Assembly (NCBI GenBank): GCA_038087875.1
Contig: CM075988.1
Location: 11,966,001-12,030,000 of the forward strand
Origin: Malacoraja senta
Lineage: Eukaryota
Length of the DNA: 64,000 nucleotides
Reading direction: 5' to 3'
The notes under the pieces are model-generated. The model did not search any database. It saw only the letters and a list, made by a program, of their open reading frames with translations, and was not told the origin of the DNA. This document shows, one piece after another, positions 25,144 through 38,128 of this stretch; the first letter of the stretch is position 1, and every line of letters begins with the position of its first letter. The position numbers and the translations under genes were made by a program.

Positions 25144-25833
25144 GAATCCCTTAACTTGAAGATCACCATGAAATTTCTATTTTTATGAAGTTTGTGAGTC
25201 TTCCTCAAACCTTTGCCTGGCTTTCTTTCCATCTTGCCTATTTCTTCACCTTCCCCGTGGGATGAATGCCTTTGTGATAGCTTTAAGCGCACTCGTATAT
25301 CTAGCAGCTTGCCCAAGAGCCCATTATTTGCAATGAATTGTGATTGCATGTGATTTCAGATGGTTGGAATTCTGCAGCTCCGTAAATGAGAATATTTCAT
25401 TCCTCCACACCTGCAGTCCAGTGGGAACAGTTTTACCAGAGGAACCTGCACATAATCAAGAGTATTCATTCTCTCTCTTGATTTTTTTTTCTCTTGAACT
25501 TCTCCAAAGTGTTGCCCCAAATGTATAAACTCAGTGAATCTGCAGAGCCTGGTAATAATTCAGTTGTTCAATGTTAGAGCTGAAATCTTGCAGGGAAAAA
25601 TGAAGCAACTTCTCTCAATACACTTAATCCCTGTTATTTACAATGGGCAGGAGCACAAACTACCAATGGATAATAAAAGTGCAGATACTGCCAAGGCCTT
25701 TTATGTACCCAAAACCCCCATAAATACACCATATAATATTATGCAAGTATTAACACATGAATAAACATTAAACCAATTATATATTTAAAATTTAACAATA
25801 TTTTAAAAAAATCACAAAAGGCACATAGATTTT

Positions 25834-26100
25834 GTTAGTTTAGTTTAGAGATGCAACATGGAAACAGGCCCTTCAGCCCTCCGAGTTCATGCTGGCCATC
25901 GATCACCCGATCACGCTAGTTCTGTGTTATCCCACTTTTGTATCCACACCCTATACACCAGGGGCAATTTATAGTCACCAATTAACCTACAAACTTACCC
26001 ATATTCTGCCCGCTCACATGCAAACTCCACACAGCACCCGAGGTCAGGATTAAACCCTTCTCTGGTGCTGTGAGTCACCACATCTACAAACTGTGCTACT
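25834..26100 (-). mobile_element. HE1-type V-SINE (internally deleted)
   Basis: Tail and head motifs present, part of the V domain missing. Confidence 0.8.
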
Positions 26101-26224
26101 GATTATTTACAGTAATCCAAGATGGACCACATGTGGACCTGGATGGGACAATGATATGTGGATACTCCTATTCAGGTGGCATGGTAGATGTGCACGAAGG
26201 AACATACTTGAGGAATAGAAGAAG

Positions 26225-26590
26225 AATATAAGGCCTGGATAGAGTGGATGTGGAGAGAATGTTTCCATTTCTGGGAGAGTCTAGGACCAGAGGCCATAGC
26301 CTTAGAATAAAAGGACATATCTTCAGAAAGGAGATGAGGAGGAATTACTTTAGTCATGGATGGTGAATCTGTGGAATTCATTACCACGGATGGCTGTGGA
26401 GGCCAAGTCAATGGATATTTTTAAGGCGGAGATTGACAGATTCTTGATTAGTATGGGTGTCTGGGGTTGTTGGCCAAAGGCAGAAGAATGAGGTTGAGAG
26501 CAAAAGATAGATCATCCATGTTTGAATGGCAGAGTAGACTTGATGGGCCGAATGGCCTAATTCTGCTGTTGGAATTTATGTACTTTTGAA
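26225..26590 (+). mobile_element. CR1 3' fragment
   Basis: GLDRVDVERMFPFLGESRTRGHSLRIKG; tail GGGCCGAATGGCCTAATTCTGCT. Confidence 0.88.
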
Positions 26591-26595
26591 GACAT

Positions 26596-26688
26596 CTGCG
26601 GAAGAGTTCTGACCCAAAACGTCACCTATTCCTTTTCCCCCAGAGATGCTGCCTGACCCGCTGAGTTACTCCAGCATTTTATGTCTAC
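26596..26688 (+). mobile_element. Solo PLE mini-element
   Basis: GACCCAAAACGTCACC...; imperfect flanking repeat ACATCTGCGGA / ACACCTGAGGA. Confidence 0.78.
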
Positions 26689-27227
26689 ACCTGAGGACAA
26701 AAATGTCAATTTTTGATGATCTGGCTCAAAATCACAGGCTGAAGAAAATAAAACATCGAGTCTGAGGCTGACGTCATGATTACTTGGAGTCGCGGATAAC
26801 AAATCAGCAGATAATCAGGACTGAATACAACAATCTGAAGATACTCCAATGTTGAAATAGTGCTGCTGATGCATTATTCCCACTGAGATTACTTGTGAGC
26901 TAATCAGCTGCAAGCATGAATGACTTCCAGAGAACACCTGGGCAATCTAAACAAATCGAGAATTATCAAATGTTTTTCATTTCTATAATAATTGTAAAAT
27001 ATAATTTCCATGTTTAACTTTGAAGACAAACACAGCTCTTGTACATTTATCCTTCGTGACAGCGTAGCACATTTGTTTACACTGATAAGAACATAAGCAT
27101 ATTAGGAGCAGAATTAGGCCATATGGCCCCTCAAGCCTGATAAAATTTGACAAGAGTTTTCATTTTTCTAAATGATAATCATTTCCATTTGCATAAGGTT
27201 GAAAATACTGCACAAGTATGCTGCAAT

Positions 27228-27362
27228 AAAAGCAGCAGATGCTGGAAACACACATCAGGTCAGGCAGTGTCTGTGGATAGGGAAAACAAGGATAACATTT
27301 CCATACCTCCATTATTTTCTGTCTTTGTTGCAGATCTCCAGCCTCTGCAGTTTTATTTTTGC
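27228..27362. mobile_element. Old inverted PLE mini-element remnant
   Basis: GCAGATGCTGGA ... TCCAGCCTCTGC inverted ends with internal CAGGTCAGGCAG. Confidence 0.5.
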
Positions 27363-28104
27363 TTTTCAATTACATAAATATACACTCAATTTGTTTATAT
27401 GCAATTAATTTCAAGCCTACTTGAATTTTAGTAACTCTTCAGTAGTTTGTAGAGATGCAGCTGACATCAAAATATACATTTCACACCTCTTGAAAGCTCA
27501 ACATTTGTCCACTTGATCCTTGCAACATGATGGAGTTCATAAAAGCAAAAGATAACTGCTTTTAGTGGTGCTTCAGTTTACACAATGTGATTTTATTTTC
27601 AGCAGTTATTTTTGTGGATTTAATCTGAAAACAAGATCAGATTCCTGTTTGTTAATTTTAGGCTGGAATCTTTTCCTTCTACTTTCGCGATCAGAGAAAA
27701 TCTCTTGTCATGTCCCCAAAAGACAGGTTTGTTCTGCAAGGTGACAGGAAGCACATTTGATTATTTTTGGTAGAGTTTGCTTATTTTAACATTCTGGTCC
27801 TTGTACATTACCCAATTCCTTGCATCACCCTTTAAGTTTGCATTTTAGATGCTATCACTTTTGCAAAGTGCATCACCTCAATTAGTGCACCAAAATTTGA
27901 AGCCTTGGGCTGAGATTTCTGATATGACACATTGTGAAGCAATTTCATGCTAAACAATTTTTTCTCCCCTCTTGTGATTGATGTCTATTGGCTTACTGCC
28001 TTCAAGATTTGATAGCTTTAGCCAGAAGGAGAAGAACAGCGAATACATTGGAACACCGATTGCAAGTTACTTCCAACTTGCAACCTCATCTAGACTTGAA
28101 AATA

Positions 28105-28720
28105 TGTTCACATAGTCATAAGATCATGTGATAGGAGTAGAATTAGGCCATTCGGCCCTTCAAGTCGACTCCGCCATTCAATCATGGCTGATCTATCACT
28201 CCCTCCATTCTCCTGCCTTCGCCCAATCACCTCTCACCCGTACTAATCAAGAATCTATCTGTCTCAGCCTCCGCACTCTTCTGTGGCAAAGAATTCCACA
28301 GATTCACAACCCTCTGACTAAAGAAATTCCTCCTCCTTCCAAAAGGAAAGTCCTTTAATTCTGAGGCTATGACCTCTAGTCCTAGACTCTCCCATGAGTG
28401 GAAACACCCTCTTCACATCCACTCTATCTAAGCCTTTCATTATTCTGTACATTTCAATGAGGTTCCCCCTCATCCTTCTAAACTCCAGCACAAAAAGGGG
28501 ACAGTGCCACCAAATACTCATCATATGTTAACCTCATTCCTGGGATCATTCTTGTAAGCCTCCTCTGGACCCTCTCCAGAGCCAACACATCCTTCCTCAG
28601 ATATGGTGCCCAAAATAGCTCACAATATTCCAAATGTGGCCTGACCAGCGCCTCATAGAGCCTCCGCATTACATCTCTGTTTTTTATTAAAAGCCTTCTC
28701 GAAATAAATGCTAGCATAAT
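28105..28720 (-). mobile_element. CR1 3' fragment
   Basis: ORF track: LYEALVRPHLEYCELFWAPYLRKDVLALERVQRR; LEFRRMRGNLIE. Confidence 0.92.
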
Positions 28721-28832
28721 AAATGAATGTTGCTGTTCTATCACTAACACTGGGATAAAATCATCAGACTTAATGATAGGAATGGTGGGAGGATCATAAT
28801 TGACTTCATGTTAAGCAGATCAAGAAGCTAGG

Positions 28833-29218
28833 CAGCTTCACTTGGGCAGCTTACAACCCAATATGTTGAGTATTGATTTCGCTAACTTTAAGTAACCCTT
28901 GCTTTCCCTCTCTCTCTCTGTCCCTCCCCCACCCCAGTTCTCCTACTAGTTTTGCTGTCTTCCTGGTTAATGTTGCTGTTTGTATACCTCGGTGTCAGCT
29001 TCCCCTCAACCAACAATGAACCATGGTATATTTCCTTGATCATCGCTTGCTTAGATCTGTTCTCTTCACACATTAAATGCTCTTTGCACCCTTCCATATC
29101 TCTAGTTTCCCTCTCCCCTGATTCTCAGTCTGAAAAAGGGTCTCGACCCAAAACATAACCCATTCCTTCTCTCCAGAGATGCCCACCCCCCTGAGTTACT
29201 GCAGCATTTTGTGTCGAT
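28833..29218 (+). mobile_element. PLE 3' end (endonuclease tail, UTR, hammerhead unit)
   Basis: LGSLQP..SIDFANFK*, then CAGTCTGAAAAAGGGTCTCGACCCAAAAC. Confidence 0.85.
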
Positions 29219-29459
29219 CAATGAGGATCACTCCAGAGCAAACAGCTATGGATGATGTTATGCACAGACTTGTTCATTTACAACCACATTTTGTCAGATG
29301 TTAAAAATGTTGATGAACATCTTGGAAACATTCCTGATAAAAAATTTCAAACCGTGATGATATTGTGAAGATACAATTTGAGCCTTCACATTTCCGAGTA
29401 ATTTTTATGCTGCCAAATAACTTGCATTGAATAAACACTGGTTGTTGGAGAAAGACAAT

Positions 29460-29737
29460 ATGTTCATAAGTGATAGGAGAAGAATTAGGCCATTCATCCC
29501 ATCAAGTCCACTCCACATTCAATCATGGCTGATCTATCTCTCCCTCTTAACCACATTCTCCTGCCTTCTCCCCATAACCCCTGACACCCGTACTAATCAA
29601 GAATCTTTCTATCTCTGCCGCAGAAATATCCATTGACTTTGTCTCCACAGCCTTCTGTGGCGATGAATTCCATGAAATCACCTCCCTCTGACCGAAGAAA
29701 TTTCTCCTTATCTCCTTCCTAAATGAACGTCCTTTAA
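29460..29737 (-). mobile_element. CR1 3' fragment
   Basis: GAATTAGGCCATTC...ATTCAATCATGGCTGATCTATC, same family as 28105. Confidence 0.85.
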
Positions 29738-30869
29738 CATCCTAACTGTTGTGATTAAGACCCGCACTTCATAACTAGTTGTGCCTTTCGTCGTGCTGCT
29801 CGATTAAAGTTACAACCTTTGCATCCGCTTGACAACGTCAGTAAAACCTTTTGTATAAAAAAGCAGGACAAATTCAATCCCATTAATTACTGCTAAATCA
29901 GTCCACTCTCAATCAGCAAAGTGAAGGAAGCCATCATTGTCAGTGCTGTCAAGTGGCACTTACTCAATATTAACCTGCTCCCAATTTCACTCACAAACTA
30001 ACTCCAGAATATGACCCACTTCCCACGTACAAAAATGCCTACCGTTTCCTGCAAATGTATTTTTATGTCACCCAGGGTGGGGGACATTCTGAAGTTGGTA
30101 TTTGAATGAATTCTGGGAGCAGAGTTTGAGAAACATTTCTCCTCCCTCTGATCAGCGACATGTATGATGGCCGCGCTCTTTGTCATGGCTTGAATCTCAG
30201 GTATTTGATTCCTCAAGGTATCTTACCTTAACTTTGCAGCTATTATTGTTTGTGGAGAATGAATGTCATTGTAGCATCTGGTTTTTGAAGAAAAACGATT
30301 GGTAAGTTATAAACTCCCCAAGATGTGGAATGAACTGAATGACCACTTTCTAATCCTGGCTTTGTAAGTTGAACCGTAATGTACTTGGGGTGATATCCAG
30401 TTGATGAGATGGCTTCCATGAGCTGGTTCTGCATCATTTGATTTCTCTATATTCTGAATACAATGCAATGTCTGGCTGTACGGCTAGATGGCCGCTTTTG
30501 AATCAATGCATGCCTGGAAACATGTTGATTCTATTTGAAAGTGGCAGTTATATGGCTCAAATCCTATCTTTCGCAATCCTCCTTTTACAAACATGCTGCA
30601 ATGTCTTTCAAGTGCTTTTATCATCTCACAGTTGCTCTTTTAAGATTAACTTTTTTTTCTCCGTGGATGAAACCATTCCACTCTCATTTACTGCAGAGTG
30701 TAATTTACTGTGCTCTGAACAATGGATAGTAAATTGCTATCAACCTACACAACAGCATTCTTTGAAAAGATTTGCTCTCTGTAAATATTTGTGCCAATGA
30801 ATTGCATGTGAAAACAAAATAGGTACGCTGGTACCTGGATTTCACAACAGTTTTAAGCATTTGTGAGAT

Positions 30870-31195
30870 CATAACCCATTCAGCCCATCGAGACTGCTCC
30901 TCCATTCTGATCTGCGTTTCCCTCTCCACCTCATTCTCCTGCCTTTTCCCCATAATCTTTGTCACTATTACTACTCGGGGAAACTAATAATCTCCGCTCT
31001 CCAAAAATACCTAGTGGCTTGGCTTCCACAGCCATCTATGGCAATGGATTGCACAGAGTCACCACCCTCTGTCTAAAGAAATTCCTCCTCATCTCAATTC
31101 TGAACGTACGTCCTTTTATTGTGAGGATGTGCTCTCCGGTCCTAGTCTCTCCCATAACCAGAAATGTCCACTCAACCGAGACCTTTCATTATTTG
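30870..31195 (-). mobile_element. CR1 3' fragment
   Basis: CCATTCAGCCCATCGAG...AAGAAATTCCTCCTCATCTC. Confidence 0.78.
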
Positions 31196-31457
31196 GTAGA
31201 TTTACTCAAATTCAAATAGGTTTATCATTCGTTGCTTGATGATTTATCAGTTGGCTAAACTGCAGCTTATGATTCAGCCACATGGTAACCATTTTAATTA
31301 ATTGTCCACCTTTTAGCATGTGAATCAGGTTTTATTTTAATGTAATGCAAGATAAACTAGAAATTTAAATTTGATAAAGCATGTTAAGTTCTATATTGTA
31401 AAATTGAAGGAATTTTAATGTCTTAACGAATAGTCACATTCATTCCACGGCCCTTTT

Positions 31458-31766
31458 TTGAGATACAGCATGGAAACGGGCCCTTCGGGCCACGGAGTCC
31501 GCACCAACCAAAGATCAACCTTACGCTTGTGCTATGTTATCCCAGTTTTGCATCATACACACTAGGGGCAATTTAAAGAAGCCAATTAACCTACAAAAAT
31601 GTGTACATCTTGGGGAAAAATGGGGGGAAACCGCAGCACCTGGAGAAAAACTGACACAGTCACAGGGAGAATGTACAAACTCCGCACAGACAACACCTAT
31701 AATCAGGATTGAACCCAGGTCTCTGGAGCTGCAAGCCAGCAAATCTACTGCTCATCCACTGTGCCG
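31458..31766 (-). mobile_element. HE1-type V-SINE
   Basis: Tail, V domain, GGGTTCAATCC B box. Confidence 0.85.
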
Positions 31767-31988
31767 TGTACTATGTATAACTCAGTGCAGCCGGACCTCA
31801 AAGTATCGAATAGTTGAGCTAATTTGGATCCTATGTTAATATGTTGCGGGATATCCACCAAGGTATGGTGACTGCCTTCAATCAACAAGTGCTTCTCTGC
31901 CTTGTGTTTGAATGAATCATGACAGCATCAAAAATCCCAACTCCCAATCCCCCTCCATTCTCTTTGCCTTATCATGCATTTGTGCTAA

Positions 31989-32206
31989 AGGGTCTGTCCC
32001 ACTTTCACAACTTAATTCACGACCTCTGCCGAGTTTGCCCTTGACTCATACGCGCAGCATGGTCATCACGAGGTCGTAGGTAGGTCATGATGCTAGTCGT
32101 AGGTACTCGTGGCATCAAGTAGGTCGGGGCGTTTTTTTCAACATGATGAAAAATGTCCACGAGTAAAAAAGGTTGTGAATTAGGTCGTGAAAGTAGGACA
32201 GGCCCT
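31989..32206. mobile_element. MITE, PIF/Harbinger-like non-autonomous DNA transposon
   Basis: ~37-bp TIRs AGGGTCTGTCCCACTTTCACAACTTAATTCACGACCT / AGGTTGTGAATTAGGTCGTGAAAGTAGGACAGGCCCT (5 mismatches), flanked by TAA and TTA. Confidence 0.82.
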
Positions 32207-32953
32207 TTAGAGGGTGCCTAGGTTTCTCCCAGCTATGATATTCGAATTTGCTCTACCTTTTGGATCACCAAGTTATTTTCATTACAATTTAAAATAGCTT
32301 CCTATAGCGAACACCCTCTTTAATTTCCCTCTCACAGATCAGGTGACCTGTTAAGTTACATGACAGCTGAATATCTTATCAATATCAACTCTTCCTGTGT
32401 TAACCAATCTCAGCAAGTTTTTATATATTTGTCCCATAGAGTGTATCAAAGTGAGAAAATTTCACCTGGCCATATAAATGTTGAAGTTGAAGCGAAGAGA
32501 TTGATATTTTGAAAATGGGTAAGTACTAGGTACTATTTTGCCTAAATACTGGACAAAATGCAGTCACAGATGATTTATGAAAACAGAACCCAAAAGGGGA
32601 TGGAAATGTTGATTGGATTTGGGTAACTTCTGTGGTCTATTTTATGGTTGTCAGCTTGAAACCTATTGAGATTCATAGAATGGCGACAGTTTGGAAGGCC
32701 ATTCAGTCCATCATGCCTGTGTCAGTGCTCTATCAGGAACAATCGTACATTACAGCTAGGAAATGTCCCTCACTGTACATTTATCAAATTCTGCCCTGTA
32801 CCTCACAATGGAACCCACCAGGACAGGACACACGTGCATGAAGTTCATTTCAGAACTCACCTCCCGCTGTGTTTCAAAATAGAAGTTTTTCAAAGCAAGG
32901 GTTGGGAAGGAAGTTACAGCTTGCATACACATCCTTTGCTGTGAGCTCCACTT

Positions 32954-33046
32954 CTGAAGAAGGGTCTCGACCCGAAATGTCACCCATTCCTTCTCTCCAG
33001 AGATGCTGCCTTGTCCCAGCTGAGTTACTCCAGCTTTTTGTGTCTC
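32954..33046 (+). mobile_element. Solo PLE mini-element with TSD
   Basis: CTGAAGAAGGGTCTCGACCCGAAATGTC; direct repeat CTCCACTTCT at 32946-32955 and 33048-33057. Confidence 0.88.
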
Positions 33047-33977
33047 ACTCCACTTCTAACATCTATGGACCACCAAGATTTGTCGCATGTTGAGAAACTC
33101 GTTATGTTTTTCATTGTATTATCAGCACAAAATGTCACATAACTTTCAAAATATCCCCCATTAGTTGCATGTCAATTTTTTCCCCTTTGATTTGTATGGT
33201 TGAATATCAGTTAATAGTTGGATATCAGTCAATAGATAATTAATGTTAGCATTAGTTGCGAACAAATTACTTGCTTAATTATTTCACCCTTTCTGTGTGT
33301 AATGGGGAATTGATGTACAATTACGAACACCACAAATTTCACAACCAGGCTAAGGATGGATCAGCACAAATCCCCCCGGCAGTTTGTTGAATGTTGAAGA
33401 TTATGGGTTTTGTCTTCCAGCCAGTTTGCATCTCGAAACATTGAGCAGAATTCACATGAATTAGTTGGTAAATTCTGGTTTATAGTTTAATTATTTTTTT
33501 TTAGATCACAAGAATCGAGCATGTCATGCCCTTATTATTCTCACTTATTAAATTGCAATGGATGTGCATTTAGAATTGGTGAACTGTCCAGTTTCTGTCG
33601 TTTTGCATTCTGATAAAACAATAATTTAGACTTCAAACAGATGAATTGCCAGCTAACAGAAGTTGTTTATCCAAGGTTGAAAGACTGTATGGATAGTGGA
33701 ATGAAAGTCCATTGATTCACTCCTTGGAAACGTTTTGTTCCTTTTATGGCAAATCGATGAAGTCCCCATTGCTATCTAAAATCTAGATCGGCCTTAAAAT
33801 ACCTTACAACCATTAAGTTTAGCCTCAGGAATCATGTCTTTTGCAATACCGTGCATTATTTACGTCCCATCCACATCTTGACAGGGTTTATTTTGGGGGG
33901 TTTTCCTTCCACCCTTAGAGAAGGTCTCTTCCTTCTCTTCCTTCATTAAATACCATTGAAGAAAGAAGGACAAACTT

Positions 33978-34285
33978 GTTTAGCTTAGAGATAGAGCACG
34001 GAAACAGGCCCTTCGGCCCATCAAGTCCGCACCGACCAGCGATTCCCGCACACTAGCACTATTCTACACACACAAGGGATCATTTACAATTCTTACCGAA
34101 GCCAATTAACCTACAAACCTGTACCTCTTTGGAATGTTGGAGGAAACTGGAGCACCCGGAGAAAACCCATGCAGGTCACGGGGAGAACGTACAAACTCCA
34201 TACATACAGCACCTGCAGTTAGGATCGAACCTGGGTTTCTGGCACGGTAAGGCAGCAACTCTACTGCTGCACCACCGTGCCACCC
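33978..34285 (-). mobile_element. HE1-type V-SINE, full length
   Basis: All domains present. Confidence 0.9.
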
Positions 34286-34349
34286 CTGTTCTTTTGCCTC
34301 TTACTATTTGGGCATGTGATTCTCATTGGGAATTAATTTGGGCAATATT

Positions 34350-34667
34350 GGGGATGGCACAGTGCTGCAGCTGGTAGAACCCGCTGCCTCGCAGAGACCC
34401 TGGCTCAATCCTGACCTCGGGTGCAGTCTGTATGGAGTTTGCACATTCTCCCTGTGACCGCGTGCGTTTCCTCCAGGTTCTCCAGTTTCCTCCCACATGC
34501 CAACGATGTGCAGGTTCGTAGGTTAATTGGCCTTTGTAAAAAAAAAAAAAAATTGCCCCTTATGTGTGGGCAGTGGTATGACAGAACCACTGTTAACGGG
34601 TGATCGAAGGTCGACTTGGTGTGCCCAAGGGCTTGTTTCCATGCTGTATCTCTAAGCTAAACTAAAC
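34350..34667 (+). mobile_element. HE1-type V-SINE, full length, head-to-head with the previous copy
   Basis: GGCACAGTGCTGCAGCTGGTAGA...GGAGTTTGCACATTCTCCC...CTGTATCTCTAAGCTAAACTAAAC. Confidence 0.88.
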
Positions 34668-34736
34668 AAAATGATATGGGTTTTTCAAATGCTTTAAAAC
34701 AACCTAGTAATAGATGACATGATAACCGAGCAGCCT

Positions 34737-35095
34737 AGTGGCACAGCTGGTAGAGATGCCACCTCACAACTCTCATGCCCTGGGCTGGATGCTTCCCTCC
34801 ACTGTTGTCTACATTGAGTGTACATGGTCTCCTGGTGATTCATATCTTTCCTCCAAAATATCTTGTTTCCTCACACAACTAGATTGGTGGGTTACTTGGC
34901 CACTGTAAATTGTCCCAGAGTGTAGGTGAATGGTAAAATCCAGAAGGAAGTTCAGGGGAATGTGGGGACAATATAATGAGATTAGTATAAATGAGGAGTG
35001 GGGGGGGGGGGGGGGGGCATTGGTGGTCAGTGTGGTCTCATTGGGCCAAAGGGTTGCGTTCTCCCCTGCATCTCACTATGCTCTGATACATCTAA
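34737..35095 (+). mobile_element. Old decayed V-SINE
   Basis: AGTGGCACAGCTGGTAGAG head, TTGGCCACTGTAAATTGTCCC, GGGCCAAAGGG tail. Confidence 0.6.
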
Positions 35096-35194
35096 GATGT
35101 GCTAAGAAAATTGTTTCTCAGCTCCATTAATAACTCTATGACATCAGGTGATACCAAGAACAGATAGAATGATTTAAAAATTCTCTTTCTTCAA

Positions 35195-36560
35195 AAGGTA
35201 ATTTTTTCCCCCATTGTTCTGTTTATTCACGGGGTGGGGTTGGTATTGGGCATCAGAAGTAAAACCATTATTATCACCTTCCCCTAAATGTCCTTGTATA
35301 ATTGGTAGGGAGACATCTTCTTGATCGACTGGAGTCTTCCGAGCAAAGGTACAGCCGCAGCCTTTGGGAAGTAGGTTGTGGATATAGATCCAGCGACAAT
35401 AGAGATGCAACTGTTGATCCAATTGAGCGTATGATTGGAATAGACAGTGGAGGCAGCGGGGTTCCCAGCCATTTCCTGTCCTATATTGTGGAGGTTGTAG
35501 ATTTGGCAGGAGCTGTCAGAGTAGCCGAGATGAGCCACTGCCTTTTCTTTGGTAAATAGTCTATAATCGAATTATTGTGCGCTGGTGAGAGAGGGAGTGG
35601 GCGTTTCGGGAGCTGGATAGTGTACCGAGCTACCCTAGGTAGTGTCAAGCTTGTTGCGAGTTAGACCTATACTCATCCAGATAAACAGAGATTATTCTAT
35701 CACCTCCTGACTTGAACCATCTGAATAGTGGAAAAAATATTTGGTGTGTCAGGAGGTGAATCTTGTGCTGCGGGATTCTCAATCTCTGATCTGCTCCTGT
35801 AGTCGGAAGCTAGGATCAGTTATATCGCTTATCCAACTATAATTGTCGTCAAAGTTGACTTCCAGGAAATTGTTGGTGGAAAACATGATTATGGCGATGC
35901 CACTAAATACCAAGGATAGGGGTTAGATTATCTCTAGGAGACTGCCATTGTCTGGAACCATTGTGGGATCAATTTAATTTACCACTTATCAGCCCATGCC
36001 TGTACCTTGTGTTGGTTTTGCTACATGCAAGCCAAAAAAAAAGAAAAAATTATTGAGGAGTACAAATAGAATTAAACATTGCACAATTCATACATCTGAC
36101 CTCAGATGGAAAGATGACAATCACTGAAATAACTGAAGATGGTTCAACCTTCGACACAGACATAAGGCATACCTGCAGCAGTCTCTTGGTGTGAGGAGCA
36201 TTGATATACAATGACCAGATGATGTGTCTTTGAGATATATGGTTTTGGCCATTGGGGGATCTTCCCTTTGATGCCTTTTGACTTCAGCAGTGTCACACAC
36301 AGTTAAGTGGTGCCTTGGTATCAAGTCAGTGTCATCTTGTCTTCAGAATGTGGATGATTGGTGAAAGCCAATCTAGGCATTGGTGAGCAGGTTTTTATAG
36401 AGTAAATGCTGCCTGATAACACCTTCCAGTTTCCATTGGCTGATAATTGAGATCAGACTGCTAAGGTGATAATTAGTTGATTTATCCGGCTTTTTCTGAA
36501 TAAAATATACTTGAGTAATTTTTCTCATTGTTGGGTTGGTGCTATTGTTACTGCACTGGT
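35195..36560 (-). mobile_element. Ancient decayed LINE (CR1/L2-like), 3' portion
   Basis: 3' end resembles the + copy at 56670-56850; minus-strand remnants include CCAGCTCCCGAAACGCCCACT and GTCAAAAGGCATCAAAGGG. Confidence 0.55.
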
Positions 36561-36714
36561 TCAGGTCAACAAGAGAGAAAATTATGAGCGGTGAAAATTA
36601 AATGACTTCAGCTTCTATACACAGCCTCATAAAATTTGCTGAATTAATTCTGTGAACTTTAACAGATATCTGGATGATATGTGTGATTATTAATTCTTTC
36701 TTCTTGATACTATT

Positions 36715-37215
36715 TTGAGAGTTGTACATCATCTTCAGAAGAGCACATTGGCTGCTTGCATCACAGCCCCGTTCAGTAACTTGAATGCCCAGGAAGGGAG
36801 GAAATTACCAAAAGTGGTGAACACTGCCCAGTCCATCACGGGTACTGACCTCCCTACCATCAAAAGGCCCTGTCTCACAAAGATAGCCAACGTCATCCAG
36901 GACCAAAACCACCCTGGTAACGTTCTCATTTTACTCCTGCCATCGGGCAGGTGGGTATAGGAGCAAGAATACTGTAACATCGAGGTGCAGGAACAACTTC
37001 TTTCCAACAAACTGTTTGACTATTGAACACCATAAACACCAACTACGATCTGCCTTGATTGCACTAGAGACTTTAGCCTTTGTTTTATCCTTGCACTATA
37101 TTGTTTTTTTCTTTATTGAACTTTTTTTTGTTTCTTTATTATATTATAAATTGAGTACTGTTGTACTGCTCCTGGTAAGAATTTAATTTTCCATTTTGGT
37201 ACATATAATAAAATA
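36715..37215 (+). mobile_element. Rex1/Babar LINE 3' fragment
   Basis: STLAACITAPFSNLNAQEGRKLPKVVNTAQSITGTDLPTI...ANVIQDQNHPG...LLPSGR; AATAAA near the end. Confidence 0.85.
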
Positions 37216-37959
37216 CTCTTAGAGAAAAAAAAATATGTAGAGGAGTAGACCATTTGGCCCTTTGAGCCAGCACTCTTGACGACTTCACTCATGACTGGTG
37301 GCCATTGGAACAACCGTGGTGGTGAAGTGCTTTGAGAGGTTACCTACTTCTCTGAGCAATAATAGGTCGATGTGGTTGTTTTTGTAGTTGATCTCCGAGC
37401 TTGATCTCCATGAGGTAGTTGGGTTTTTTAAAGACTTCTAATTTTGAACCACGTTCATCAAATTAATCGTGATCATCTGACAATTACCAGAACACAGCAT
37501 GTCTCATGAAGATTGGGGTTGTCTGCTAAAAAATACAAAGCATCACTTAGAAATCAGAAAGCTGTGATTAAGGAACACTTACTTTAAAATCCCTGTTGGA
37601 ATTCAGGAGGCCTACGACGTGGTGCCTGTGGATTTTATTAATTGCATTTGAATTCCTCCTTGATTCTGATGTACGCGATTGTAAAGATCTTTAATTGCGT
37701 CTTGCTTCAACTGCAAACTATTCAGAAACTTACTTAATCCCATGAGGCGTATTAACATAAAGGAATGTACGAGCAATGATTTGTTACAACATCAATTATT
37801 CACCTTATGGAATCAATGTAGCAATAAAGTGAAGGTGCTAAAAGATTTATTGTGTGACTTCGAAACATGCAAGAGGAGTCAGTTGTTTCTCTGTGTCCAT
37901 TTTTGGTTTGGGTTCTAATGCACGTGTTGGTGCAGTGGCGAGCACAGTGTCCCTTCATA

Positions 37960-38080
37960 TGTGTAGAGGGGGACTGCAGGTGCTGGTTTAAACCAAAGAT
38001 AGACACAAAATGCTGGGGTAGCTCAGCGGGACAGGCAGCATCTCTGGAGAGAAGGAATGGGTGACGTTTCGGATCGAGAC
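37960..38080 (-). mobile_element. PLE mini-element truncated within hammerhead stem II
   Basis: ...GGAATGGGTGACGTTTCGGATCGAGAC. Confidence 0.82.
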
Positions 38081-38128
38081 ACCTGTGGACAGGAAAATCA
38101 AAGAGCTTTGGGCATTTGCCTGTCTAAC

